Positions 35,465 to 49,165 of a stretch of DNA of 64,000 bases are shown one piece after another. The position numbers and the translations under genes were made by a program. The stretch comes from Mayamaea pseudoterrestris (lineage: Eukaryota), in assembly GCA_027923505.1 (NCBI GenBank), contig BROI01000015.1, forward strand, positions 186,001-250,000, in the 5' to 3' direction. Positions within the stretch are counted from its first letter, which is position 1. Each line of letters opens with the position of its first letter. The notes below the pieces were generated by a model. It worked only from the letters and a program-made list of their open reading frames with translations, did no database searches and had not been told where the DNA came from.

Positions 35465-35879
35465 TTAGCTGGCCTATACTGCTTGCCGAAGTCGAGCAGA
35501 ATACCGTGTCGCATGGGGTTTGCTGGTGCCTGCGCCGCGCTGGCTGATGCGAAGCGTGCTTATTCGGTCTGACTCGAGTCAGATCGGTCCCTTCCCCCTG
35601 CCGCAAGGTGCAAATTCCGGCGCGCAAAACACGTTTTCGGTACAAGGCCTACACAAATTTCTACGCGGACAATGTGTCTCGGGACTCAATAACGGTCAAC
35701 GGATTACATCGGCATTGGACAAAGTACGACGCGCCGGTACTCCCGCAAGGAACGACACGGCAGGTGCTACACACTAACTGGGCATTATTGCATACTAGCT
35801 AACAGGCAGGCTTCTAAGCATATAATACAGCGTGACCCCTTCCAGATGCTGGACCTGCCCAACAGGTTGGTCATGTGCA

Positions 35880-38800
35880 GCGAGACTGTCCCAGAGAACG
35901 GAGTCTACGGAGAGTGTGCCGGCTGCAGAGGCTAGTGGGGCGCAGCACTTCACGCTGGGTAGCGAGGAAGAAAGCGATGACGACGATGAGGTCGGATACA
36001 TGTTCGCGCAGCCGCCGAAGGTGAACATCTCGGAAGAAGGCTGTGCTCTTGGACAATCAGTCGACAGTGGATCTGTTCTGCAACGCCAAGATGCTGACGA
36101 ACATTCGCCCGGTGCCAACGTGGATGGTGATCAGGTGCAACGCTGGTACAGTAAGGACGAACATGATGTTGGCGACCTGGAGGGCTATGGTCCGGTGTGG
36201 TGGTATCCGCAGGAGCTGGCGAACATTTTGAGTTTGGCGCAAGTCCGAAAGAAGTTTACCGTGGAGTATCCATGCACGGCGTGGAGCGTCCAATGTTCGT
36301 TGTGGAGAAGCCGGACGGTAAGCAGCGAGAGTTTGTCGAGACGGACTCTGGGCTATGTTTGCGAGAGCTTTTCGAAGGGCAAGCGCAGCGATGTCAAGGA
36401 TGGAGTGGCGATGTTGACTACGGTAGACGATAACCGTACTAACTACACCAATGATGACTATTTACGCGTGTTAGAGCTAGGGAACTGCAAATCAAAATTG
36501 ACGGCCAAGCCTCAAGGATTACCTGCGCATCGTTACTAGCAATCAGTTGCCGAACTGTCCTGTGACGAAGGCCGACATCCTGGCTGCTGAGCACATCTTT
36601 GGACCAGATGTTGGCTCGTTAAAGGAAAGACGACGGTCGCGGTCGCATCTGGTGAAGCCTGCGATTGTTGAGCAACTTCCACCGGCTATCATGAGTCGTT
36701 ATCGAGACGTTACTCTTTGTGCTGACATCATGTATATCAACAAGGTCCCCATGTTGGTGACGTTCTCCCGCAGCATTCGTTTTGCTACGGTCGAGGTGAT
36801 TCAAAACCGTACGCTTCCGGTTATGTTGAAGGCAATCGAGTCTGTGTTGAAGATTTACGCACGCGGTGGGTTCCGTGTCGTCGCGGCACTGATGGATGGG
36901 GAGTTCGCCCAATGCTTGGCGCGTTGGCTGATCTCGGAGTGGCGCTCAATGCGACGTCTGAGGAAACACGTTGGCGAAATCGAACGTTTTATCCGTGTCG
37001 TGAAGGAACGGGTGCGCGCGACATACAACACGCTGCCATTTAAGCACGTGCCGGCACGATTGGTTGTCGAAATGACGAAGTCTGCCGTGTTTTGGTTGAA
37101 TGCGTTCCGAACGAGCGTGGCATTTCGAAGGATCTCAGTCCACGCACCATTGTGACTGGTCAGACAGTTGACTTTAACGGCATTGCAAGTATGAATTCGG
37201 TCAGTATGTGCAAACACATGAGTCGCACAGCAATGACATGCAGGCGCGCACGATTGGTGCGCTGGCTCTGCGCCCGACTGGTAATGTGCAGGGCGGGTTT
37301 TATTTCCTCAGTTTGTCTTTGGGCAAAATCTGAATCGTGGCCACGCTACGCCTTTGCCCATGCCTGATGATGTCATTGAGCGCGTGCATCGTCTCGCTCG
37401 TCAACAGAAGGCCAATCCGGGCATCGTGTTCATGGACCGCCACCGTGTTGCGGAGGCTGCTGAGCCAGTCATGTGGCACGATGATGACGACGAGGATGAT
37501 GATGACTCTGATTACGATGATGACGCTTCTCGCGGCGAGGACGACTCTGCCGGCGGAAGCGAAGGAGTGAATGCGACCGATGACGACGACGACAGCGACG
37601 ACGACGATGGTGCTGACGGCGCAATCGAAGGAGTGCCGTACGATGAGGATGGTGAGGCCATTGACGGCGAACTTGACGACGCGCCGGTCGTGGATGATGG
37701 CGAAATTGAAGGAGTGCCCGATGAAGGCAAAATTGAAGGAGTGCCAGCTGCTGCAGACGAAGAGGATTTCGATGCGCGCTATGGCCCACGCACTGGTCGG
37801 TATGGCCTGCGTGCGCGCAAACCTCGATCGTTCGCTCATTTGTTCACGCTCGACGCTGCAGAGGAAGTGTCGGAGCCCCTCGTCACGGCACAGATGAACA
37901 TGCGACAAGGTTTAAAGGCTTTTGGCGATGCTGGAGTGGAGGCAGTGCGCAAGGAAATGCAGCAGCTACACGACAGGCACGTCATGAAGGCAGTCCCCCA
38001 GTACACTCTGACTCCGCAGCAGCGCAAGGACGCTCTGGCGTATTTGATGTTTCTCAAGCGCAAGCGATGCGGGACTGTGAAGGGACGCGGATGCGCGGAT
38101 GGACGCAAGCAACGAGCATACACTGCAAAGGAAGACGCAGCATCTCCAACAATAGCGACAGAGGCCATCTTTCTGACAGCTATCATTGACGCCATGGAAG
38201 GACGCGAGGTTGCTGTGGTTGATGTACCGGGCGCTTTCATGCAAGCGGAAATGGATGAGTTGGTGCACGTTCATTTCACTGGGAAGATGGTGGAGCTACT
38301 GTTGGAAATTGATCGCGAGATGTACGAGCCTTGCGTCACAATGGAGAATGGCGAGAAAGTCATGTACGTTGAATTACTCATGGCGCTTTATGGTACGCTT
38401 CGAGCAGCGCGACTATTCTGGGAGAAGTTGTCTGCAAAGTTGCTTGAGTGGGGCTTCGAGAAGAACCCGTACGATCCATGTGTGTGTAACAAGATTGTCA
38501 ATGGAAAGCAAATCACCGTGGGATGGCACGTGGACGATTTGAAGATTTCGCACGTCGACGTGAGCGTAGTGGATGAGTTCATCGCGCAGATGGATGAGGA
38601 GTTCGGCAAGGAGACTCCAATGAATAAGTCACGCGGAAAAGTGCACGACTACCTCGGCATGGTATTGGACTATACTAAGCCTGGAGAAGTAGCAATCAAC
38701 ATGGTTGACTATGTGAAGAACATCCTGCATCATGCGCCAGACGACATGGATGGAACGGCAGCTACTCCGGCAGCCAGTCACTTGTTTCAGATATCGGAAA

Positions 38801-39908
38801 ATCCTGTCATGTTGAGCGAAGCGAAGAAGCAGATTTTTGTGATGATTGTGATGCAGTGTCTGTATCTGAGTCAGCGAGCGCGACCGGATATTCGCACAGC
38901 GATTTCTTTCTTGAGCACGAGGCTGCAGCAGCCTGACGAAGACGACTATAAGAAGGCTGCAAGAGTGATTAAATATTTACGCGGAAGCGTGGACATGGTG
39001 TTGACGCTGAAGGCGGACCAGTCCGGGATAGTCCAGTGGTGGGTGGATGCGTCGTACGCGGTGCACCCAGACATGAAGGGTCACACTGGTGGAACAATGA
39101 CACTTGGCCAAGGATCAGTGTACAGTACGTCGGCTAAACAGAAGTTGGTAACAAGAAGCTCGACGGAGAGTGAAGTCGTGGGAGTTCACGATGTGCTACC
39201 GCAGTTGCTGTGGACAGGATATTTTCTGAAGGCGCAAGGTTTCGGGGTCAAGGACACGAAATTGTACCAAGACAATATGAGTTCAATGTTGTTGGAAAAG
39301 AATGGCAGAAGCTCAGTACAAAGCGCACGCGACACATGAATGTTCGGTACTTCTTGTGAAAGATCGCGTGGCAGCTGGTGAAGTCAACATTGAGCATTGT
39401 CCGACCGGAGACATGGTCGCGGATTTCTTCACGAAACCATTGCAGGGAGCCCAGTTTGGCAAGCTCCGCAACCTGGTTATGAATCTGGCCTCGAGCAGTA
39501 AGTACTACTTGGACCAAAGGAGTGTGTTGAGCATGGATGAGAACCCAAACCGAAGAGGCAGCGGTGACGTCACGAAGACGGTCACGGTTTAAGTAAGCGC
39601 GGTAAGCGGCAACCGAAGGAGTGGATCGAGGACGATCACTTCTTGGAGGACGGTTCCAGGTCTTTCAACGCGACCAGGCTTTTACGATGTGGATATCAAT
39701 TTGGATCTGAGGTGACGTGATTGGTTCGTTTCATCTTGCGCGGTGTAAAGTTACATCAAGCTATAGTTGTTGACAGGCTAACACATTCGCTGGGCAGAGT
39801 CAATGATTTTGCGCTTGCTCGCGCTAAACCTGCCAAACGTAACGAAATAGATTCAATAGCTAACACGATCGTGAGGATCGGCTAGCTGGGATCATTGCAT
39901 CGCCGAAC
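35880..39908 (+). mobile_element. Ty1/copia retrotransposon, 5'-truncated (no gag or 5' LTR seen), frameshifted
   Basis: PR LLDNQSTVDLF; IN LCADIMYINK...MDGEF...HVGEIER; RT DVPGAF, LYGTLRAARLFW, WHVDDLK; RH WVDASYAVH...RSSTESE; purine tract CAAAGGAGTG then TGTTGA at 39525 (putative 3' LTR, right end approximate). Confidence 0.92.
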
Positions 39909-39929
39909 AAATCGATCATCAGTTGTGCA

Positions 39930-41345
39930 GTCCACGTCCTCAGCTGCGGGTGCAGTCATTTCAAAACGCCTGCGTGACTCATGTGGGTCTTAAATCTACT
40001 CAGATAGGCTTCAACATCATTTCAGCAGCAAGTTACATTATTGTGGTGTTATTGGGATGACGATAATGTTTTAGTTGGCCGTCTTAGTCTCTGATCTGCT
40101 GTGATATATGACATTTAAACGCCTCTGCAGATAATAGATGATCAAATCTTACCAGATAGGCGCCAACATCATTTTTGAGAGCTGCGCTACATGATGAGTA
40201 AGACTGGCTTTGATGTCTCAGGGGATGGCAATGATGTTGGTGACAACTTGTCACCAGTCTCAGCCTGTAGATGCCGTGACATTCAAACGTCCTTACAGCA
40301 GGCTCTGTTGCCCAATGGCCAGAATGGTGCTAGCATCATTATTTAGGCTGCGCTACAAGATGGTATGCCTGGCTGGTGTCTCAGGGGATGGCAATGATAT
40401 TTGGTGACAGCTTGTGCAGTCTCAGCCGCAGATGCCATGACATTCAAGCGCCCCTTCAGCAGGCCTGTATAGCCCAAATGAGACAAGAATGGTGCCAACA
40501 TTATTTTTGAGGCTGCGCTCGAGATGGTATGCTATTTGCGTCTCAGGGATGGCAATGTTATTGGTGACAGCTTGTCACCAGTCTCAGCCTGCAGATGCCG
40601 TGACATTCAACGCCTTTCTCCTAGCTGTACCCAATTGACACCAGAATGTGTGCCAACATCATTATTCAGCTGCGCTACAGCGGCCTTGCCTGGCTGGTGT
40701 CTCTCCCAGGGGATGGCAATGTGGTGACAACTTGTCACCCTCAGCCCGCGGATGCCGTGACGTTCAAAACCCTTTAGCCAGGCCCTGTTTCACTCAATTG
40801 ACACCAGAATGGGCCAACATCATTATTCGGGCTGCGCTACAGACGGTATGCCTGGCTGGTGTCTCCGGGGATGGCAATGATTGGTGACAGCTTGTCACCG
40901 TATCAGCCTGCAGATGCGGACATTCAACACGCCCCTTCAGCCCAGGCCATGTGTGCGCCCAAATGACACCAGAATGGGCCAGCATCATTATAGTGCCTGG
41001 CTGGTGTCTCAGGGGATGGCAATGATTTGGTGACACTTCGACGTCTCCAGCCTGCAGATGCCGACTTCAAGCGCCCCTACAGCAGGCCCTGTATACACCC
41101 AAATGCACCAATGTGCCCATCATTATTCAGGCTGCGTAAAGATGGTGCCTGGCTAGCGTCTAGAGTGGCGGCAATTTTGGGACAACTTGTCACCAGTTCA
41201 GCCTACAGATGCCGTGACATTCAAACACCATTCCCGCCCGCCTTTTCCGCCATGTCTGCTGGTTCGCTCTCTCCCCAACTACTTCTCTTCGCGCTACAAG
41301 ATGGTCGGCTAGTGTCTCGGGGATGGCAGTGTGTTTGGTGACACT
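39930..41345. repeat. 169-bp satellite block 1 (~8 degenerate monomers)
   Basis: Recurrent GTCTCAGGGGATGGCAATG...GGTGACA(A/G)CTTGTCACC; highly diverged at the left edge. Confidence 0.9.
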
Positions 41346-41350
41346 CGTTT

Positions 41351-44300
41351 TGTAACTTGTAAATCAAATCGTTGCACCTTTCGCTTGTAGCTGTCGCTTT
41401 GGCCAATCAAGCTTACAGTTGCCTCAATACAACGAATAAATTTTCTTAACTCTTCAGCTTGTAAGTCTCTTGTTTCTCTCTATATCTTACTAGTTTCAGC
41501 AATATGCTCGTTGAATCGCTTGAGCCTCGCTGCCACGCATCACGCGATCGTGGGCTGTGGTGAGCCGCGAGTGCCGCTGTGTCACCCTATCGGACTTCGG
41601 TGTGACTTGCCCGATTTTCGCTGTTTTTCGTTCGCATCCTGCAGCTCCCTCCAAGTCGCCATCCTATAGTTCGATTCCTTGAGAGCAGGTTCTTTAAGTG
41701 CTTGCTTGCCGTAGCCCGTGGAAGAAACTTGGTAAGTACATCCGCCGGGTTTTGTCGTTCCCATGTGTGGTTGAAATTAATATTCCGCCGCAATCGCTTC
41801 GCGTCACGGTGAAATGCCAGTGCATTGTGTCCTTCCGTCAGACTAGTGCGGTAGGTTGCTGCTTTGCGTTACCGACTTGTTGTCTCCCAACATCCATGAG
41901 GTCCGTCGGCGGAACTCCCAGCATGCGTAGCGTGGCGACGATCCATGATCTGCTCGTGCTCACTCTCGCTGCTACAAACTCCGAGCCGTACGTCGCCGTC
42001 TCGATCGTCGCGTTTTCAAAACCAATCCGCTGTTCCATTCAACATTGTGCCCATCGCTGCCCGTCCCGTCGTGTAGTCGTGGTACAGGTTCGCATCTTCG
42101 ACGTTGACATTCGCACCGCCTTGCCGCGCGGCGTGGGGCATGTTCCACGGAAGCTCTTCGCGTCTTGCCGTCACCTGTTCCCCAATCCATCTTGTCAACT
42201 GTGCGTATCGCTCGTCCGTTGGAGTCGAGCGTTGAATCGAATCGCTCCATCCGGGTATCTTCGTAAGTATCCGCAAATATGCTTCAACCGTTCCAAGTGC
42301 CCCGCTCGTGGCGCAGCTTCGGAATCTCCCCATAGTCATGACAGGCACAGTGAATGTCAGTCGACATAAACTTACTCCATTGCCACGCACCAATTATCGA
42401 TTGATGCTTCCGCAATTCCGTCGTGTCAAGTTCTTTCGTTTCGTCGAGTTCCGGATGGTCGCCGTCGCGTCGTGGACTTGTCTGCGGTCGCGGTTCCTCG
42501 CCGAACATTTCTTTGTAGTTCGCTGTGTCTTGTGCGTGCTTCTTCGCTCCGAAGCAGAGTACGCCGTCGTCGTCTCGCCAAACGTCTGCGCTCCAAATGA
42601 TATGCCAATGGACCGGCGCCCTTCGCCGTTGTGTTCTCAATTAAAAAGATTCGTTGTTCCTTCCGGTTCTTCTCGCTTCGCTTCATCGTCGACATCACCG
42701 CGTTTCGTGTGCGTGCCTTTCTCGCGCATCCCACACGTCGGTTCTGCGATCCGGCGCCGTGAAGCCAATGTCGCGGAAGCGTGTCTGCAAAGTGCTCGTG
42801 CGCAGCGTGCCCTGGCGTGCGGCCGTATAATGCCTTCCGTCGTGCGTGTGCCCTCGGGCTCCCCGAACTCCGGACCTGCCCACGATATAAACCTTCTCTT
42901 TCGTTTTCGCTTCCAAGTTCGTTGCCGCGTCAGCTGCCCACAGTTCCACCGTGGTTCCGCTAACATCGCTACCATTCGTGGCTTCGCTATTGACACAGCG
43001 CCCGAGTAAGCTGAATCGCTTCGGCGGCTCTGTCATGTGTCCTCCTGCGACGAGTCGTGCTTTCCGTCGCATCGGGACATCGATCTGTGCGTTTATTCGT
43101 TTCTGGCACCGCCAACCTCACTCCTTGATCTCGAGCTGTCGTAATCCATTTATCTGATTTAATTCCGTTCGTCGCATCTCCACAGCGTGTTGCCGTTGAT
43201 CTCGTCGACTTTCGCATCTTTATAATTGCGCGGCAACCTTACGCCGAATTTGTAGCGTACGCCGTTTGCTTTCGTTTTCGTTTCGCCGCTGTTGCCATCT
43301 GTCGCTTCTTTCCTTCCAGTGTAATGCTCCGCTCTTCCATCCTGGCTTTGGTAGCCGTGCTCGGTGCTTCTCTGCGATCGTTATCGGATCGTCCTTCTTC
43401 TTGATCGCAGCTCCCACGTCGTCGTTCCGTCAGTCCATTCGACGAGAGCGTTGCTTGAACTTCCTTTGTATGTCGGATCGTTCGGTTTCAAATTAAGCTT
43501 CGTGTCCGATTCCTTGGCCACTGGTCGCCGGATCGTTTCGTTTCTTCGTCCATCTGTGTTCGATTAAATCCGGTCGTTGTACTTATTAGTCTTTCGCTGG
43601 CTCCTCTCCCATTTGGATTAGGAAACCTTTCGTCGTTTCGAGTAGCTCGTTTCGCGTACTTCGATATATTCGCATACAGTCGCTCGCATTTTCTGACCGT
43701 TTTCGTGTTCCCTCGAACGTTCGTCCGATGAGTTCGCTTGGAGAGAACAGGGGGCATTTATTCCCTGATTCTTGCTCGCCCTTCTGAAGAACTTCGCTGG
43801 TACGTGGCGTGGTTCGCCATCCTGTTTCGTCGTCGTTTCCTTCGTGTTGTCGTGACTACTTTCTGTCACATGCGTGCTATGGTAGCGTCCTGTCGCGAGA
43901 TCTGGAGTTTCAAAATTTCGCTCGCTTGCGCGTGTAGCTTCTTCAATCTCCTCAGACTCAGAAGGAAGGCAACTCTCGTGGTAACAAGTAGCTGCGCGAG
44001 ACCCGTGGGCCGCGGAATCGCCTGAACGTGTCGTCCGTCAGAGCGAGAAAAGTCATGTGCGGACCGCTCTTCTCTGCGATGCCCACGAATCGGCCGTTGC
44101 CAGTCGTCCCCGAACTCCCCTGCGCCTCAGCGTGCCGGTTCCCCCGAAATGCTACAAAGGCGAAATATCGGCAGATTTCCGACGCACTTCCGTTGGCGTC
44201 GCCATCCCAGCGATTTCGTCGCGAGGGCGTTCGAGTATCATGATTACGAATTTAATCAGCAAAACCCAGCAATGGCCTGGCGAGCCCGAATCTCGTTGGA

Positions 44301-47300
44301 GGTTCTCCATCATTGGCTTAATGTGCGACGTGTGACGTTCGCATGGATTTTTGTTCTGGATGACCCCCGGTTCTGCTTGGTCGCGAGGTTTGTCATCCGA
44401 CGAGATCCCTCACAGCCGCCGTCTCCGACTTGGCGTTGTCGCTGAGCAGTCCGTTAGGGCGCCCACTTCGCGGATAAAATCCTCTAACGCGTTTTGACAT
44501 TTCGCTCTCCGGCTTCATCGGGTAGCCGCGCGTGTAAAACTTTCTCGTCAACAAAGAGCTGCATCTTAGTCAGCTCCCCATGCCCTAAATTCCATCATCC
44601 AGCTGGCGTGTCAGAGTGTATCGTGTCCGTGGCGAATAGTTCGCGCAACCGCTGAACGTTCGCGGCCGGAATGTGATTTCGTGAGGTGTCGAAATGGTAA
44701 TCGCGGGTGTGCGCTGAGATGATACCATGCTTCCGTGTGACGTAAAGTCTGTTGAGCGCGCTCTCGGGTCATCCGTGCGGCCGAAGAGCGTTATGTCCGT
44801 TTCCTTGCTTCTTAGCTTCCGCCGATTAACGCGTGAAAGCTGGGCGTGTCGCCGCACCGATTGATCAGTGCGTCAGGTTCGTCGCCAGTGCGTGTCGGCG
44901 TGTGCCGTTGCGGTGCGTGTACCGTCATCATCGGATCGTTCGTCGAAGATCCATAATCATGTCGTTGTCGATCGTGTGCGCGTGCTCGACTCGTAAACAG
45001 TCGAGTCCCACGGCGTCCGACGTTGTGCGTCGGTACATCCGTTCGAACGTGGGTTTCGTCGTCCAAGTACACCAGGCCATCGCGAATTGCCAATGGCAAA
45101 ACGTAGCCTCATGTTCGTCGTATTCGTTGCGTTCCGCCAAACGTGGTCGGAATATCGTCGGCGCGATGTCCCATTCGCGCAATTGTTCGGGCAATGAATC
45201 GTCGGTCCGTCTCGCTTTAAAGCATACTGGTGACACAGAAGCAGAATGGTTTCGCCACTAAGTCTTTGCCAGTCCAGCTGCAGTGCCAATCTTCGAGCTG
45301 GGACAATATGATCGTCAATACCAGTCCATCCACCTCGGCGTTCGTTTCCGAAGCGGCGGCATTCTCCTCCGCAAAGCCTCCGTTCGCGCCGCTGTCGATG
45401 AGCGCGCCTTCGTTGATCCGCTCGTAGTGTGCGCGTTGGCGCGCATCCGACGATGCTGTTGAAGCTGAGTGTACCTCGTCGGTGTTATCGGTCGTCAACG
45501 ATCCTGTCACTTGCTGAGTTGTAGTACTCGCGTTGTTCCGCTTGCAGAGCCGTCGTGCAGCCGTTTGGACTGACATTCCACTATTGCCGGGCTGAATATT
45601 AATCGTGCCAGGAACGCTTGCGTGATCGTTCGCTACAGATTCCGTCGCGTGACGCTCTTGATGCGCCGCGTTGACTTGCGTCTGCGTCGTAGCCGTGCCT
45701 CGTTGGTTGCGCGGTCGCCATCCGTTTTCGGGTGTGCTTGGGCGCCGTCGCGCGCTTGTCCTTCAACTGCTTTCGCTGATCAAACTTCATCTCCAGCCAG
45801 ACTTCATCCTTCCGCTCGCGTGAGGTTTCTTCATGATCGCTGCCGTCGTTCCGCCGATAAGCCGCCCGAGTCGCGCCGCCATTGCCGCCGCCGCCTCCTT
45901 TCGTTCACTAGACTGCGCTTGATTGATTGTGCGCTTCGTCTTCGTCGTCGATGGGTGTTTCTTGTCATACTTGATGCAGCACTCTTCTAAGTGCGCGTAC
46001 AACTGCGCGAAATTGTCTTCCAGTCGTGTTGCCCCATGTGTTTCTTGATGGCAATCATTCCGTCAAAACCTGCTAGTGATGCGCTGAATCCTGTGTGCTC
46101 GGAGAAAGCGTCGCGTAGCATGTCGTATCGTTGTAAACCTGTCAGAGCTTCTGCGTCCATTTCCGAGCAGCCAGATGACTTTCTTGTAGAACAGTGCGAG
46201 AAATTCGATCGTCGGCCGTGACCACTTCTCGGTCAGCCGCATTCCCTGCAGTTCCGTTCGCGCGCGTTCCTTCTCGATGTGAGCAGTAGCGCCTTCTTCG
46301 TATCGCGTTCGCAATCGTTGGTAGACTTCGCGTCCGTCCATCGTCTTCTTGAACTGCTGTACTGCGAGTGATGCAGACGGAGTTCGACAGTGCGTGAGAA
46401 AGATCCTGTATACAAACACATTCTTCTTTGCATACGCCTTCTGTTCTTTCCGGTCCCTTTTCCTTCGGGTCATAATCGTCGTCAAAGACTTCGTGGAAGT
46501 CATGCAATGTAGCGATGACTTTCAACTCGGAAATCCACTGTTTCCACGAGGAATCCAGCTTCATTTCTTTACAATCCCTCGCCGAGAACTTGATAGACTT
46601 CGTAAATTGGTCTGAATACTTCTCGTCGTCTTCGTCGTCGCCGAGGTCCAGTACGGATGTCGGTGACTGCTTCGTGTCAACGTCCACACTCGTCGGTGGC
46701 ACCTTGTCGGCCGAGTCAGGCTTCGACTCGTTGCCTTCGTTCGTTAGCGTGAGTCCTGGATTCGTCCTTCTTGGATTCCGTTTCGCTTTCCTTCGCTGGA
46801 GGTTTCGCTCCGCTTCCGCTGCCCACGCTCGCAATGTTGCGCGCTTGGACTCGTTCCTTCGCTCGTGCTGTGACGAACGTCGCCAGCGTTTCGGTGGTCA
46901 GTTGCGACCATGTCTTGATGTCCGGCGACTCTTGCGCCAAATACCATTCGATCGCGTTCGTGATCGTGCGTTGTTTCATCTTCGTTAGCGAGTGTTCGCT
47001 CGTTTCCTGCGTGACATTGTCGCCATCGTCAGTCGTCGTCGTTGTCGTCGTCGTGACGTTCCACTTCGTCGCGAAATCGTCGTACTCCATCTCGATCAGT
47101 TGCGTAAGCGATTCTACTCCGAGTTCGTCGAATAACTCCTTGAACTGAGGATCTTGGAAAACGCCTACGTTCTCTTCGTAAACATGCGCAAACGCCGCGT
47201 CTTTCTGCGCGCGAGTTTCCGCCATCGTTGTCGTCGTGACAATGTTCTTGCTATCACCTGCGGAACTTTCCGGGCCAAGAACCAACGTGCGTCCACGTTA

Positions 47301-47686
47301 CTTCGTAAATCAATAGTACTCTTCGTCGATAAAGTCTCTATGCCGAGGCAATGAGTCTCAAGACAGTGTTAATCTTGTAACTTGTAAATCAAATCGTTGC
47401 ACCTTTCGCTTGTAGCTGTCCTTGGATGGCCAATCCAAGCTTGCAGTTGCTACAATACGAGAGACGAATAAATCGCTTTCTTAACTCTTCAAGCTTAGTA
47501 AGTCTGCTTGTTTCTACTCTATATCGCACTAGTTTCAGCAATATACTTGTTGAATCGCTTCGAAGCCGTCGCTGCCACGCATCACGCGATCGTGAGGCTG
47601 TGGTGAGCCGCGAGTGCCGCTGTGTCACCCTATCGGACATTCGGTGTGACTTGCCCGATTTTCGCTGTTTTCGTTCGCATCCTGCA
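41351..47686 (-). mobile_element. Full-span CoDi-like Ty1/copia element (family A), two LTRs, coding region riddled with indels
   Basis: LTRs 41351-41643 and 47376-47686 (minus strand TGCAGG...GTTACA); PPT GGAGGGAG; gag MAETRAQK at 47225; PR ALIDSGANGG; RT RRKARLVAGGHMT; RH ETATYGSEFVAAR, NPADVLTKFL. Confidence 0.93.
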
Positions 47687-47888
47687 AGGAACGTGCGTCC
47701 GATGAGTTCGCTTGGAGAGAACAGAGGGCATTTATTCCCTGATTCTTGCTCAGCCCTTCTGAAGAACTTCGCTGGTACGTTGGCGTGGTTCGCCATCGGA
47801 ATTGTTTCGTCGTCGTTTCCTTCGTAGTTGTCGTGACTACTTTCTGTCACATGCGTGCTATGGTAGCGTCCCTATCGAGAGATCTGGA
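47687..47888 (-). mobile_element. Internal fragment of a second family-A copy abutting the 5' LTR
   Basis: Near-duplicate of ~43714-43906 (GTCCGATGAGTTCGCTTGGAGAGAACAG...ATGGTAGCGTCC...GAGATCTGGA). Confidence 0.85.
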
Positions 47889-48212
47889 CTGAGGCTGCTG
47901 GTTCGAGTTGCGATCGAATCAAGCGAAGAAAAAGCAAAAATTCACTGGTTGCACGGGTTTGTCACGAACGAACGATGGGGAGTCGCGGACCCTGGGGAGT
48001 GCACAAAGATGCGCCGAGCCCGAAACGCCGCAGGAAAAACTGAAAAGTGACATTCCCCCGCGAGACGAAAATGCCAGCTGAAACGGAAGACGAGTTAGCA
48101 CTATGACGCGCAAAGCTAGGGGAGTAGCAGGTTGCACACGAAAAACAGCAACCAGAGCGATACCTTTACTTGTCATAGTGCATGGTGCCTTGTATGCAGC
48201 ATATAGTACACT

Positions 48213-48286
48213 AGCAGACGGAAAAGTAGCAGCGTGTTTAGAGGTGATATAGCCGGTTATCCTTGGTTCGATTCCGAGGTGCGCTA
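48213..48286 (+). pseudogene. tRNA-like sequence (degenerate tRNA or B-box element)
   Basis: Well-formed T-arm CTTGG-TTCGATT-CCGAG, 3' GTGCGCTA followed by CTTTT; acceptor stem pairs only 5/7 and the anticodon stem does not pair. Confidence 0.3.
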
Positions 48287-48329
48287 CTTTTAACGGCATA
48301 GTGATACTACTTTCTGTTGCATACCTGCT

Positions 48330-49165
48330 AGATGCAATAACATTCGAATGCCTTTAATGCAAGCCCTGTAGGTGCCCAAATTACATTAGAATGATGCCAA
48401 CATCATTTTTAGGCTGCACTACAAGATGGTAAGATTGGCTAGCATCTTAGGTGATGGCAATGTATTTGGTGACAACTTGTCACCAGTCTCAGCCCACAGA
48501 TGTTGTGACATTCAAACGCTCCTAACGCAAGCCCTGTAGGTGCCCAATTTACACCAGAATGGTGCCAACATCATTATTCAGTCTGCGCTACTAGACGATA
48601 TGCCTGGCTGGTGTCTCAGGGGATGGCAATGTATTTGGTGACAACTTGTCACCAATCTCAGCCCGCAGATGCCATGACATTCAAACGCCCCTACAGCAGG
48701 CCCTGTAGGTGCCCAAATTACACCAGAATGGTGCCAACATCATTTTTCAGGCTGCGCTACAAGTTGGTGGGCTTGGCTTGTGTCTCAGGGGATGGCAATG
48801 CATTTGGTGACAACTTGTCACCAGTCTCAGCCCACAGATGCCATGACATTCAAACCTCCCTACAGCAGGCCCTGTAGGTGCCCAAATTACACTAGAATGG
48901 TGCCAACATCATTTTTCAGGCTGCGCTGCAACATGATATGCATAGTTGGCGTCTTTAGGATGGCAATGTATTTGGTGACAACTTGTCACCAGTCTCAGCC
49001 TGCAGATGCCGTGACATTCAAACGCCCCTATAGCAGGCCCTGTAGGTGCCCAAATTACACCAGAATGGTGCCAACATCATTATTCAGTCTGAGCTACAAG
49101 ATGATAAGTCTGGCTGGTGTCTCAGTGGATGGCAATGTATTTGGTGACAACTTGGCACCAATCTC
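48330..49165. repeat. 169-bp satellite block 2 (~5 monomers)
   Basis: GTGTCTCAG motif at 48611, 48780, 49117; period 169. Confidence 0.95.

Noticed and set aside
37480..37760. Acidic GAT/GAC-rich low-complexity tract with short GEIEGVP repeats
   Set aside because: Ordinary integrase-RT linker of the copia polyprotein
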